Shown here: positions 39,747 through 50,613 of the stretch, piece by piece
Position numbering within the stretch: the first letter of the stretch is position 1
How the letters are laid out: each line of letters starts with the position of its first letter
Assembly (NCBI GenBank): GCA_964016885.1
Contig: OZ024741.1
Location: 375,782,001 to 375,846,000 of the forward strand
DNA: 64,000 nt
Source of the DNA: Eledone cirrhosa
Taxonomy: Eukaryota
Direction: 5' to 3'
Notes under the pieces: model-generated
Seen by the model: the letters and a program-made list of their open reading frames with translations, nothing else
Told to the model about the DNA's origin: nothing
Database searches by the model: none
Made by a program: the position numbers and the translations under genes

Positions 39747-40386
39747 TTAAACCTTATTTAATGTTGGTCTATATTTTTGAATAAACATATTTTCCTTATT
39801 TATTCGCATTTGTTCTGTTGTATTGTTAGCGCAAAGGTAAAATGGGAAGACTTGGAATTTGGGTGTCTTATTACTTGCGCAAATGTCTAGATGTGCACTT
39901 AGTGGTATTTGTCTCGTGGTTGGATCTCGTAATTGTTGGCGATGAACTGTCATTCTGTTTCTGAGTGTGAGTTTAGTTTGTCCTATATAATCTTCATTGC
40001 ATCCTTTACATTTAATGGCATAAATTAGATTTTTTGATGAGCAAGTGAAGTGATTTTTTACAGTAAAATTTTGTCCTGATTTAAATGTATACGTGTTGCC
40101 TTCAATGAGGTGAGTGCAGGTTCCACAATTAGAGCGACCACATTTTTTGATACTTGGTTGTGGGTTTGTGGTAGGTAATTTGGCATTGGTGAGTAATGTT
40201 TTCAGTGATTTTGGTTGTCTTTTGCTTTTGATTATTTTGTGTGTTTCAAGGGCTTTTTTCATTCTTGGGTTTTGTTTTAGTAGTGGGATGTTATTGTGAA
40301 TAGTGTTGTAAGCTTCCGCATTTCTTGGGTTGTGTGTTGAGATATATGATAGAATATTGGACGTACCTTGAATTTGTTTCTGTTTC
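39747..40386 (-). pseudogene. Inverted duplicate of the GIY-YIG coding region
   Basis: Peptide identical to the C-terminal ~212 aa of the RT-EN ORF; part of the inverted arm. Confidence 0.85.
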
Positions 40387-40422
40387 ACTTTCTAATATAT
40401 ACCCACCACACGAAGACCGAAA

Positions 40423-41625
40423 ATGCCACCAAAGTCTCAACAAAACAACAACTCACTGAACCAGGACATCTTAAATGAACTCAAAGAGATTTCCTCTAAA
40501 CTCTCAATTTTGACCAACAAAGTGGACCAAATACACATCTATAAAAAAGGACCCCACGAAGAAACAGAAAATACCCAAGAGACGAATATTACTCCAGTAT
40601 TAACTAAGCTAATCGAAACCATTGAAACAACAATGCTCCAAAAGCTTGAACAACAGTTAGAACCCAATCTACGAGATGTCCACTCAGTGAAAAACACCCT
40701 AATCAACATATGGACTCAAAAGCTCACAGCCCGCAAATTCGCCCTTTGGAATCTCCTAAAAAATAATGGCAAGGCAGACATATATGAAAAGTGGCTAAAC
40801 TCTACCCCAATCATCCTCCCCAAAAAACTCCAAATAAAACCCATCCCGAATGAACCAGAAAACCAACAAAGACTTAGGGAAAAGATGGCATTGGAAAAAT
40901 TTAAAACAGAAATAGAACTGTTGCGATTAAGAGCCAACTCCAACGAAGAAAAATTCAAGTCACTCGACCAACAGATGGACACAGAAATCTCAAAGCACTC
41001 TGAAGGCCTACTCTACAAAAAAACCCTAAAACTTTGGAAAGAAAACTGTGAGGATGAAGAACTCACATCCCTCCAGCGATGGGAAAAAAACGCCACCTGG
41101 TTCAACAACTACGAAATGGACTTCAAAAATGAACAACATACAGGTAACCCATTTTTAAAACAAACTAAAACTCACACACCACATGCACAACAAATAACAA
41201 AAAAAGTAACAAAACGTCCAACATACCCCCAGCAAAACTATAACGATAATCCCAGAAACCATAGACAAAACATTAACCCTACTAACAAAAACCAAAGATC
41301 CCCGAACACAAGGCAGGACCTGATCCGCAGATCACAACCCACACAAAACCTATTCCAAAACCGTAGACCCCTGCCCACACAGAGCCTGTTCCAAAACCAT
41401 AGATCCCAACCCACACAAAGGAACCAAATCTACAACCCGGACTATCAACAAACCGAACCTCAATACGTCCGAAACTTCTATACAAGACCACACAACAACA
41501 GGGGAAATACCATTAGATATAATAATACCAATGAAAAAACATTCCAGAAAAATCATTTTTTAGACCAAGGCTACAGGACTCACGACACCCGGTGGCACAA
41601 ACCGATTTTGAAAAACCGAAAATAA
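40423..41625 (+). CDS. PLE ORF1, 400 aa, predicted coiled-coil N-half and Q/N/R-rich tail; function unknown
   Basis: Uninterrupted ORF from ATG inside the element; overlaps the RT ORF in the -1 frame. Confidence 0.8.
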   Translation: MPPKSQQNNNSLNQDILNELKEISSKLSILTNKVDQIHIYKKGPHEETENTQETNITPVLTKLIETIETTMLQKLEQQLEPNLRDVHSVKNTLINIWTQKLTARKFALWNLLKNNGKADIYEKWLNSTPIILPKKLQIKPIPNEPENQQRLREKMALEKFKTEIELLRLRANSNEEKFKSLDQQMDTEISKHSEGLLYKKTLKLWKENCEDEELTSLQRWEKNATWFNNYEMDFKNEQHTGNPFLKQTKTHTPHAQQITKKVTKRPTYPQQNYNDNPRNHRQNINPTNKNQRSPNTRQDLIRRSQPTQNLFQNRRPLPTQSLFQNHRSQPTQRNQIYNPDYQQTEPQYVRNFYTRPHNNRGNTIRYNNTNEKTFQKNHFLDQGYRTHDTRWHKPILKNRK

Positions 41626-43862
41626 TTAACATTTCAAATACAAACCTCTCAGCCCAACAAGTAAAAATTCTCTCCAAAGGTCTGAAATTCACACCAACAC
41701 CACAATATCCTAACCCCAACGAGATAAATGACGATATCTCACACTTCTGTAGAAAATTACGTCTCACAGAGGAATTCTTTGACAAGGAGAATAACGACGA
41801 ATCAATTGTACGGAATAAAAGCAGCTACAACCCAACAAAAGGTAGAAACAGAGTTCTGGACAAATTTTGTGACCACATAGCTACCTTCCCATACCATGAA
41901 CTACCGCAACCTAAACCCAAACCCAACACAAGTCGAAGGGAATGGGAGATTATCCATGAACTAAAAAACAATCCGGACATTGTAATTAAGGAAGCGGACA
42001 AGGGAAGTACTGTTGTCATTATGGAGGCTGAAAAATATAAAAATTCTATGTTCTCTCTCTTACAAAATGCTAATTACTATGAAAGAGTAAAAAACTACCA
42101 GCAATCAAAAATAATGACCAAATTAAACACACTGATTTATCGATACCAGGAAGACCTAACTAAAAAGGAACGCGATTATTTAACAAATTTTGAATACAAA
42201 ACCAGCAACCTTTACGGACTTCCGAAGATCCACAAATGTAAAATAATCAACGATGCCTGTAAACAATCCACCTCAGCCTGCGTGAACACACAATACCCCA
42301 CAGACCTTAAATTAAGACCAATTGTAGCGGGCCCACAATGTGAAACACACAGATTGAGCAACTTTATAGACATACTACTGAAACCAATACTGAAACACAT
42401 ACCAAGCCTTGTAAGAGACGATCTGGACCTCTTAAACCACCTCCCCAAACATGTCAACAACGACACTATTATTGTATCTTTCGATGTAGTGAATCTCTAC
42501 ACAACGATCCCACACCAATACGGACTAGAAGCAATAGGATTCTGGCTAGAGAAATATCCCAATGAGATACCTGACAGAATAGAAAAAAGCTTCATCACCG
42601 AGGGATTAAAATTCATCCTACAGAACAACTTTTTTGATTTCGATGGCAATACTTACAAGCAAATATCGGGGACTGCGATGGGCACAAAAGCCGCTCCAAC
42701 TTATGCCAACTTAGTCATGGCATACTTAGAAGTCCAGATATATGAACAGTCCAAATCAAAATACGGATTGAACTTCCACAAATATTTATCAGAGAATTGG
42801 AAACGCTACTTGGATGATTGCCTCATTCTTTGGTCCCACACACTCGACCAACTGAAGGATTTCAAAAACTTAATAAACGGCATCAATAACCACATCCAAT
42901 TCACAATGGAATACAGCCAAGATCAACTCCCATTTCTGGACATCTTAATCACAAAAAAAGACACAAATATCGAAACTGACATACACTACAAACCAACAGA
43001 TTCCAAACAATATCTGCTATTCACCTCCAACCATCCAAAGCACACGAAGACGAACATTCCTTTTAACCTAGCAAGAAGAATTTGCACAATTGTCTCCAAT
43101 TATGAAACGCGAAATAAAAGACTTCAAGAATTAAAGGAAATTCTACTTGAGAGAGAGTACCCACTATTACTAATAAATAATGGAATAGAAAGGGCTAAAG
43201 CAATAGGCATTGATGAATTACGGAAACAGAAACAAATTCAAGGTACGTCCAATATTCTATCATATATCTCAACACACAACCCAAGAAATGCGGAAGCTTA
43301 CAACACTATTCACAATAACATCCCACTACTAAAACAAAACCCAAGAATGAAAAAAGCCCTTGAAACACACAAAATAATCAAAAGCAAAAGACAACCAAAA
43401 TCACTGAAAACATTACTCACCAATGCCAAATTACCTACCACAAACCCACAACCAAGTATCAAAAAATGTGGTCGCTCTAATTGTGGAACCTGCACTCACC
43501 TCATTGAAGGCAACACGTATACATTTAAATCAGGACAAAATTTTACTGTAAAAAATCACTTCACTTGCTCATCAAAAAATCTAATTTATGCCATTAAATG
43601 TAAAGGATGCAATGAAGATTATATAGGACAAACTAAACTCACACTCAGAAACAGAATGACAGTTCATCGCCAACAATTACGAGATCCAACCACGAGACAA
43701 ATACCACTAAGTGCACATCTAGACATTTGCGCAAGTAATAAGACACCCAAATTCCAAGTCTTCCCATTTTACCTTTGCGCTAACAATACAACAGAACAAA
43801 TGCGAATAAATAAGGAAAATATGTTTATTCAAAAATATAGACCAACATTAAATAAGGTTTAA
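41556..43862 (+). CDS. PLE reverse transcriptase plus Cys linker plus GIY-YIG endonuclease
   Basis: LSKGLKF.P, IVIKEADKG, LYGLPKIHK, LRPIV, SFDVVNLYT, GTAMGT, RYLDD, PFLD, CGRSNCGTC, NLIYAIKCKGC..YIGQT...R...H; frame open from 41535, first ATG near 42021. Confidence 0.95.
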   Translation, partial: FFRPRLQDSRHPVAQTDFEKPKIINISNTNLSAQQVKILSKGLKFTPTPQYPNPNEINDDISHFCRKLRLTEEFFDKENNDESIVRNKSSYNPTKGRNRVLDKFCDHIATFPYHELPQPKPKPNTSRREWEIIHELKNNPDIVIKEADKGSTVVIMEAEKYKNSMFSLLQNANYYERVKNYQQSKIMTKLNTLIYRYQEDLTKKERDYLTNFEYKTSNLYGLPKIHKCKIINDACKQSTSACVNTQYPTDLKLRPIVAGPQCETHRLSNFIDILLKPILKHIPSLVRDDLDLLNHLPKHVNNDTIIVSFDVVNLYTTIPHQYGLEAIGFWLEKYPNEIPDRIEKSFITEGLKFILQNNFFDFDGNTYKQISGTAMGTKAAPTYANLVMAYLEVQIYEQSKSKYGLNFHKYLSENWKRYLDDCLILWSHTLDQLKDFKNLINGINNHIQFTMEYSQDQLPFLDILITKKDTNIETDIHYKPTDSKQYLLFTSNHPKHTKTNIPFNLARRICTIVSNYETRNKRLQELKEILLEREYPLLLINNGIERAKAIGIDELRKQKQIQGTSNILSYISTHNPRNAEAYNTIHNNIPLLKQNPRMKKALETHKIIKSKRQPKSLKTLLTNAKLPTTNPQPSIKKCGRSNCGTCTHLIEGNTYTFKSGQNFTVKNHFTCSSKNLIYAIKCKGCNEDYIGQTKLTLRNRMTVHRQQLRDPTTRQIPLSAHLDICASNKTPKFQVFPFYLCANNTTEQMRINKENMFIQKYRPTLNKV

Positions 43863-44066
43863 TATACATTATGTCAACACCACAATATGACATACACACA
43901 CACACATAACACCTACTTTAGAAAATAAAAACCCGAACTAAATAAACCTTAAACATACGTTTGCACTGGCAATACAACAGCAAACACGAAAAAGTCAGGA
44001 AAATATGTTCATTCAAAAATATTCCTACTAAAGGAATCATTTTCCTACACACACACATACACACAC

Positions 44067-44097
<31 letters not shown>

Positions 44098-44349
44098 TCT
44101 CTTCATCTTAACATGCTAACCATACTCCCACACACATAACACCCATACACACACATAAAAACCCCCACACCTACAACACCCTCCCCATTTCTACTAATAG
44201 AACCACTTTCCTACACACATATATATATACACACACACAAAAAATATATATTCTCTCTATCTAACATACTCGCACACACACACATAACACCCATATACAC
44301 ACACACACAACTCCCTCCCCCATCTCTACTAATAGAATCATCTTCCAAT

Positions 44350-44388
<39 letters not shown>

Positions 44389-44904
44389 AGCACACAAATA
44401 AACACATATCTTCAGTCTCAATAGAAAATCTGAACTCTGACACCTGAACTCTGACAGCTGGCCATATTCACTGAACCAGAACATTTCTCCCAATCCCTTT
44501 TCCCTTGACCACTATCTCTCCATCGTCATAACATTCACTATAGACTACAGAATAGTTTTCCAAATAAGGGCGCAAAAATGTAATGAAAACTTGTTCACGT
44601 GACAGCCAAATTTCATTTATAACCAACCAAAAAAAAGCCTTCGTGAGCCTCATTTTTTCAAGTAAAAAGAAATTCAAACACTCATATATGAAAAAACAAC
44701 CTGTGACAACCCCCCCCCCCCCCCTCTCTTATTTGAAGAACTATTGTAACGCGAACTGGCGCAAAATTTATTATAATTATTGACAAACCAATCAAATTAC
44801 TTCTCGAAAAACTTGGTTTTCGAGCCAGTTTTTCCATATAAAACAAGTAACATTTAGAGACCAACCAGATGTGAGAAAAACCACAGACCCTCCATCTCAA
44901 CTCA

Positions 44905-44942
44905 CCTTTTGAAAAGCAGAAGAACTGCGAAACCGGTAAAGG
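44905..44942 (+). ncRNA. Minimal type I hammerhead, U3-A8 variant (inverted copy at 38659-38696)
   Basis: CCUU-UUGAAAA-GCAG AAGAA CUGC-GAAA-CCGG-U-A-AAGG. Confidence 0.8.
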
Positions 44943-45072
44943 AATCAAATAAATATATATATTTTTAAAAAAATAAGACTTCAGTTGCATTTTCGATTTC
45001 ATCCCTTTTTCTTTATACTTCCACTCGTGTAGGACACCTCGGTTATTTTTCATTTTGTAAAAAAAACCTCAC

Positions 45073-45117
<45 letters not shown>

Positions 45118-45248
45118 GATATATATATATATAGATATACATATATATATATACATATATATATATATACATATATATATATACATATATATATATACAT
45201 ATATATACATATATATATATATACATATATATATATACATATATATAC

Positions 45249-45279
<31 letters not shown>

Positions 45280-45280
45280 C

Positions 45281-45435
<155 letters not shown>

Positions 45436-45465
45436 AAAGAATAGAGGTGTAACACACAAGTTATT

Positions 45466-45850
45466 ATATATTGGTAAACGGAATAGAAAATGCTGACAAA
45501 TTGTTCACAGTGAAAAATAGTTTAATTAGGAATAAGTGAGAATTAGTAATTGTATTGGTTAGTATTCAGTTTTGGTTTTAAGTTTTACCGGTTGCGCATT
45601 TCTAATGCTTTTCAAAAATAATTTTGAGATAGAGCGTCCGTGATGTTTGCTCTGATCTGATCAGAGCAAACATCACGGACGCTCTATCTCAAAATTATTT
45701 TTGAAAAGCATTAGAAATGCGCAACCGGTAAAACTTAAAACCAAAACTGAATACTAACCAATACAATTACTAATTCTCACTTATTCCTAATTAAACTATT
45801 TTTCACTGTGAACAATTTGTTAGCATTTTCTATTCCGTTTATCAATATAT
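45466..45850. mobile_element. ~380-bp near-perfect palindrome with hammerhead-like motif (45698-45733)
   Basis: Centre ..GCTCTGATCTGATCAGAGC..; UUU-UUGAAAA-GCAU..AUGC-GCAA-CCGG-U-A-AAA; flanked by TA-rich repeats. Confidence 0.75.
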
Positions 45851-45987
<137 letters not shown>

Positions 45988-46220
45988 CCCAGGATCAATC
46001 AGGAGTAACTACAGTAAGTTATTCAAAACATTAGTAGAATGTATACAACAACTTTAATATAGAAATGGCTTCTACAGGACTAGAAGGTGAAAATATTGTG
46101 TAACGAACGAGCGAATCGACGGTGAACCACAAGATGCCATACCTCATTCGTTTTCCGAGTAGGTTGGAACTCGCCAACTCAGACCAAGGGACCAATATTT
46201 CCATTTGTCTTTCCTTATAA

Positions 46221-46695
46221 GGGCGGTGGATTGGCAGAATTCTTAGAGCATCAGATAAAATGCCATTACGGTTTTTGTACTGGTTCTATACACTCTGAGT
46301 TAATCCTGCCGAGGTCAACGCTGCTTTTCATCCTTCCGGGGTCAATAAATAAAGCACCTGTGAATTACTGGGGTTTATTTCCTCCAAATTTGCTGGGCTT
46401 GTGCCTAAATTAGAAATCAATATTTACAAATATATATTCCTTGAAGAATCTTTACATTTAAACAAACATGAAGACACGTTTAGTCATAATGGTTTCTTAT
46501 ATAGGCACAAGGCCAGCAATTTTGGGGGAGGGGAAAGTCGATTAAATCAACCCCAGTGCGTGATTGGTACTTTATTTTACCGACCTCGTAAGGATGAAAG
46601 GTAAAGTTAACCTCGGCGGGATTTGAACTCAGATCATAATGAGCCGTAACTCTATGCTGCAAAGCATGGCGTCCGACCCTCTACCGATACTGCCC
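46221..46695. mobile_element. Two SINE copies (46221-46420 +, degenerate; 46488-46695 -)
   Basis: Homology to the 4603 SINE. Confidence 0.75.
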
Positions 46696-46896
46696 TAGAC
46701 ACGTTTAGCCACAATGACAGAGTTTCTTTGTAGTCGTTCGTACTTCTGGGAATAATACTTAGGTTTTTCACAATTAGCAACACTAAATAGAAGGGAAGGT
46801 TATTTAATGCAGTTCGAGATACAAACAAAAAAATGTAATCATCATGGCTCAGTGACACTCCTCCTCCTCCTCCTCCTCCTCCTCCTCCTCATCACC

Positions 46897-46930
<34 letters not shown>

Positions 46931-46955
46931 TTAGTAGCAGTAGCAGCGGCAGCAG

Positions 46956-46988
<33 letters not shown>

Positions 46989-47600
46989 TAGAAATAGCAA
47001 TAGCAACACACACACACACACGTGCTAACAAGGGACCACATGGTCACTCAATCAGTTAGAAATAGCAGCTAAATGTGCATTAAATCACGTTATCATCTTT
47101 AAAACATGATATTTTGGATTATGAGGGCTTGAATACACTAGACATAGGAAAATACGGGATGGGCAATATTGGAATAACTTTCATCATATGTTTGGTAGAT
47201 AAAGAACCAAGTCAGAATTAAATATCAAAAATATCTAATAATAGCTAGGCGGCAACCATCGAATTTTATATCAACTGAAATTGACATCCTATGATGTAAA
47301 CAGCTGATACTGAGTTCCCAGAAAACCATATTAAAAGATTCTGTATGATGAAACTTCCGTTAAATGATACTATTAAAAATAGAATCAACGTAGCGGCTCA
47401 CATCACCGATAGTAAACTTTAAACTGATCCCAAGTTTTATAAAATAACTATTTATACAATAAATATGTAGTGTTAAGTGTTCGTAGAAATATTCTGTTGA
47501 CGAACAATTGGTCAGCTTTCGTTGAACTGTCACTTGAAGGTTGCAAAAATAGTTAACCATGTTTATTAGACCTCCCCCCTCTCTCTCTCTCTCTCACTCT

Positions 47601-47635
<35 letters not shown>

Positions 47636-47638
<3 letters not shown>

Positions 47639-47835
47639 GGAAAAGAGTTAGGACCCCGACGGCTGAGATCCGGCCGTTTCGAAAGAAAGATCCGAACTGT
47701 TCGGATCTAGCTGTCGAAACGGCCGGAGCTCAGCCGTCGGGCTCCTGACTCTTTTCCTATTACCCACTCTACTACCCTAAGTATCGAGTACTCTGGTGCG
47801 TTATGGTCCACCTGGTATCTTATCACACTTTCTTT
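47636..47835. mobile_element. Family A fold-back palindrome
   Basis: Palindrome 47636-47760 containing GUC-GAAA-CGGCCGGAGCUCAGCCG-UC-GGG; between (TA)n tracts. Confidence 0.75.
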
Positions 47836-47849
47836 GTATATATATATAC

Positions 47850-47971
<122 letters not shown>

Positions 47972-48095
47972 CGTTTCCGAATTTGTTTAGCAAGATTCTT
48001 TACCTGATCCACCGAAACTCAGCTGTTTCGGACCACACCAAAATCAACATAGTGATTGCGGATTTAGTACGGGTGATGAGAAACGTGTCCCGCAT

Positions 48096-49190
48096 GTGCA
48101 ACCCCAAAGAACTAGAGAGACACATACAACACTTCACCACCGTATGCAGTTCTCTGGTTACAATCAGAGAGATAAAATCAGAGTATATAGAGGAGCCAGA
48201 AATAAATGGGAAAAAATGGTAAATAATGATACAAATGGGACCTGCCCCTTGTATAGGAGCAGATTTGGGAATAGAATAGAAAGAACTAGGAATAAGGTTA
48301 ATAGAATAAACTCATGGTATGATAGCAATAAATACCAGAGTGTAATGTTCATCAATACAACCCCTAGAGGTGAATTAGCTTACAAATTTAGAAGGGCCCT
48401 AGATAAACTTAAACTTAATATTAAGATAGTAGAAAGACTAGGTACCTCCATAAAAACACTTATTAGCAATACATACTCTTTTCAAAGACCTCCCTGTATA
48501 GATAAGAGATGCATAATCTGTAAACTAAGCCCCCATATTAACTGTAAAACTAGAAACATAGTATATAGCATAAGATGTACTCAAGGACAATGTAAAGATA
48601 AGAATATAGTGTACATAGGTGAGACAGCGCGTAGTATAGGAGAACGGTTAAATGAACACTGGCGAGAGCTTCAAGATAGAAAAGAATCATCAATACTCCA
48701 CCAACAAGTAAAATAGAACATAAGGGCAAATTAGAGAACAGAAATAAAAATAAAATCTACACACAGAAAAGACGCAATGTTTAGACAAATCACAGAGGCA
48801 ATAAACATAAATGAACCCCAACCAAAATTAAATAGAAAACATGAATGGAATAGCAACATCACAACTTACAATTAAGGACAAAATGAAAACACACACACAT
48901 AGAACAAACAACCAACCAGTAACATGTAAATAAACAAATAAATAAACAAATAAAAACACACACAGACACCCGGATGTAACACATGCACAAACTAAGCACA
49001 CAACACACACAAAAACAAGATGGCATAGGACAGAACAAAGGAGAGGCACAAAACAAAGAAAATAATCCCCAGTCACTGAAGAGGTCACAGAATGTGTGGC
49101 GAAAGAACTTTGACAATATATGAACAACCGTCCGGTTGTGGAACCAACCGACCAACCAACCGGAAATTTATAAAAAAAATTTTTTTAATT
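48096..49190 (+). mobile_element. 5'-truncated PLE: GIY-YIG endonuclease and 3' UTR hammerhead (49072-49114)
   Basis: CIDKRCIIC...NIVYSIRC...VYIGETARSIGERLNEH; GUCA-CUGAAGA-G-GUCACA..UGUGGC-GAAA-GAAC-U-U-UGAC. Confidence 0.85.
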
Positions 49191-49283
49191 TTTAAATTTA
49201 TAATTTAATTTATAATAAATTGGAGTGAAAGCAACTGGTGCGTGTGTTTCTTATTGGCAACATGACCCTCCCAAAGTATAACA

Positions 49284-49317
<34 letters not shown>

Positions 49318-49406
49318 CGGAGTATTCTCAGCGCGAAAGGTAGCCGTAAACAGCTGGATACTATTTTTGGGGGGTTTAAGATATAACCACAAATAAAACA
49401 GAGAGT

Positions 49407-49485
<79 letters not shown>

Positions 49486-49923
49486 ATGAGATGAGAAATG
49501 AGAGGGTTATAGAGAGATAGAGAAGGAAAGAGGAGGAGAGGAGAAAATGGGGGCGAAAACGATGGAGCAGGACTTGTGGAGAAAGACAGAGAGATGGATA
49601 GAAAGGTGGAGAGAATAGACTAACAAGAGAAAGGAACATAGCGTTATCTGAATTGTAAGCTTCCCCATCAATACTTTGCAATATAATACTGCAACAGTTT
49701 CTCGCGTAAGAGAAGGACTATATCTAGACTATGTCCAGGCTCATGTTATGTATAAAACATGTATGTGTGTGGAGGGTAACCACAGTAAGTAAGGTACTCA
49801 ATATATAGCAGAGTATAAGATTTTAATATAGAAATGATTTCTACAGGACTAGAACTGTTTCATTCGAAGGAAAGCAGTTCTAGTCCCGTAGAAGCCCCCA
49901 CCCTCTCTCTCTCTCTCTATATA

Positions 49924-50360
49924 TAGTTTATATTAATGTTCATACGCCTAACATGTATGACGACCTTAGGTTTCGTGGTCCAGTTATGGTTACCTCTGTA
50001 TAGTGGAGCAGCAGTTCTTATACTGGCCTCTATCATCAGGTGAATTAAGTTCATTATGTTGTTGTGCTGATTTAAATACTTAAGACTGTTCTGTGCTCAA
50101 TGATATGGGCAAATGTATGCCAGTCTGTCTTACTACCGCTCGAAAGACTTTGCAACAAAATCCGCGTTAGAAGCAATAAGTGTATGCACAATATCAGTAG
50201 ATAAAAGGAAAAATAATGCTCAATCAAGAGAGCTTATTTAGTTTATATTAAAGTTCATACACATGACATGAATGCGAGATCTTAGGTTTCGTGGTTCAGT
50301 TATGGCTACCAGTGTATAGTGGAGTAGTAGTTCTAAAACATGGTTCTCCCATCAGGTGCT
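49924..50360 (-). mobile_element. Degenerate 316-bp tandem with a hammerhead-like motif per unit
   Basis: CUGAUGA...GAAA-CCUAAGG-U-C at 49959-50043; decayed second copy at 50275-50358. Confidence 0.55.
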
Positions 50361-50493
50361 AGGACAAATTATATTTATAAAAGTTATTCTGGGTTGAATT
50401 GGAGGTAACCACAGTAAGTAAGGTACTCAATACATAGCAGAGTATAAAAGTTTTAATATAGAAGAGCTTCTACAGGACTGTTATATATATATA

Positions 50494-50608
<115 letters not shown>

Positions 50609-50613
50609 TATAT

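Larger units (their letters stand above)
38584..45085 (+). mobile_element. Young Neptune-type Penelope-like retroelement with 1.8-kb inverted 5' arm
   Basis: 38584-40386 is a near-perfect reverse complement of 43223-45017; CACTTTCTAATATATA direct repeat at 40386 and 45070; (TA)n on both flanks. Confidence 0.92.

Noticed and set aside
39747-40388. Stand-alone GIY-YIG nuclease gene
   Set aside because: Exact inverted duplicate of the PLE 3' region; its GTG start is created by the inversion junction.
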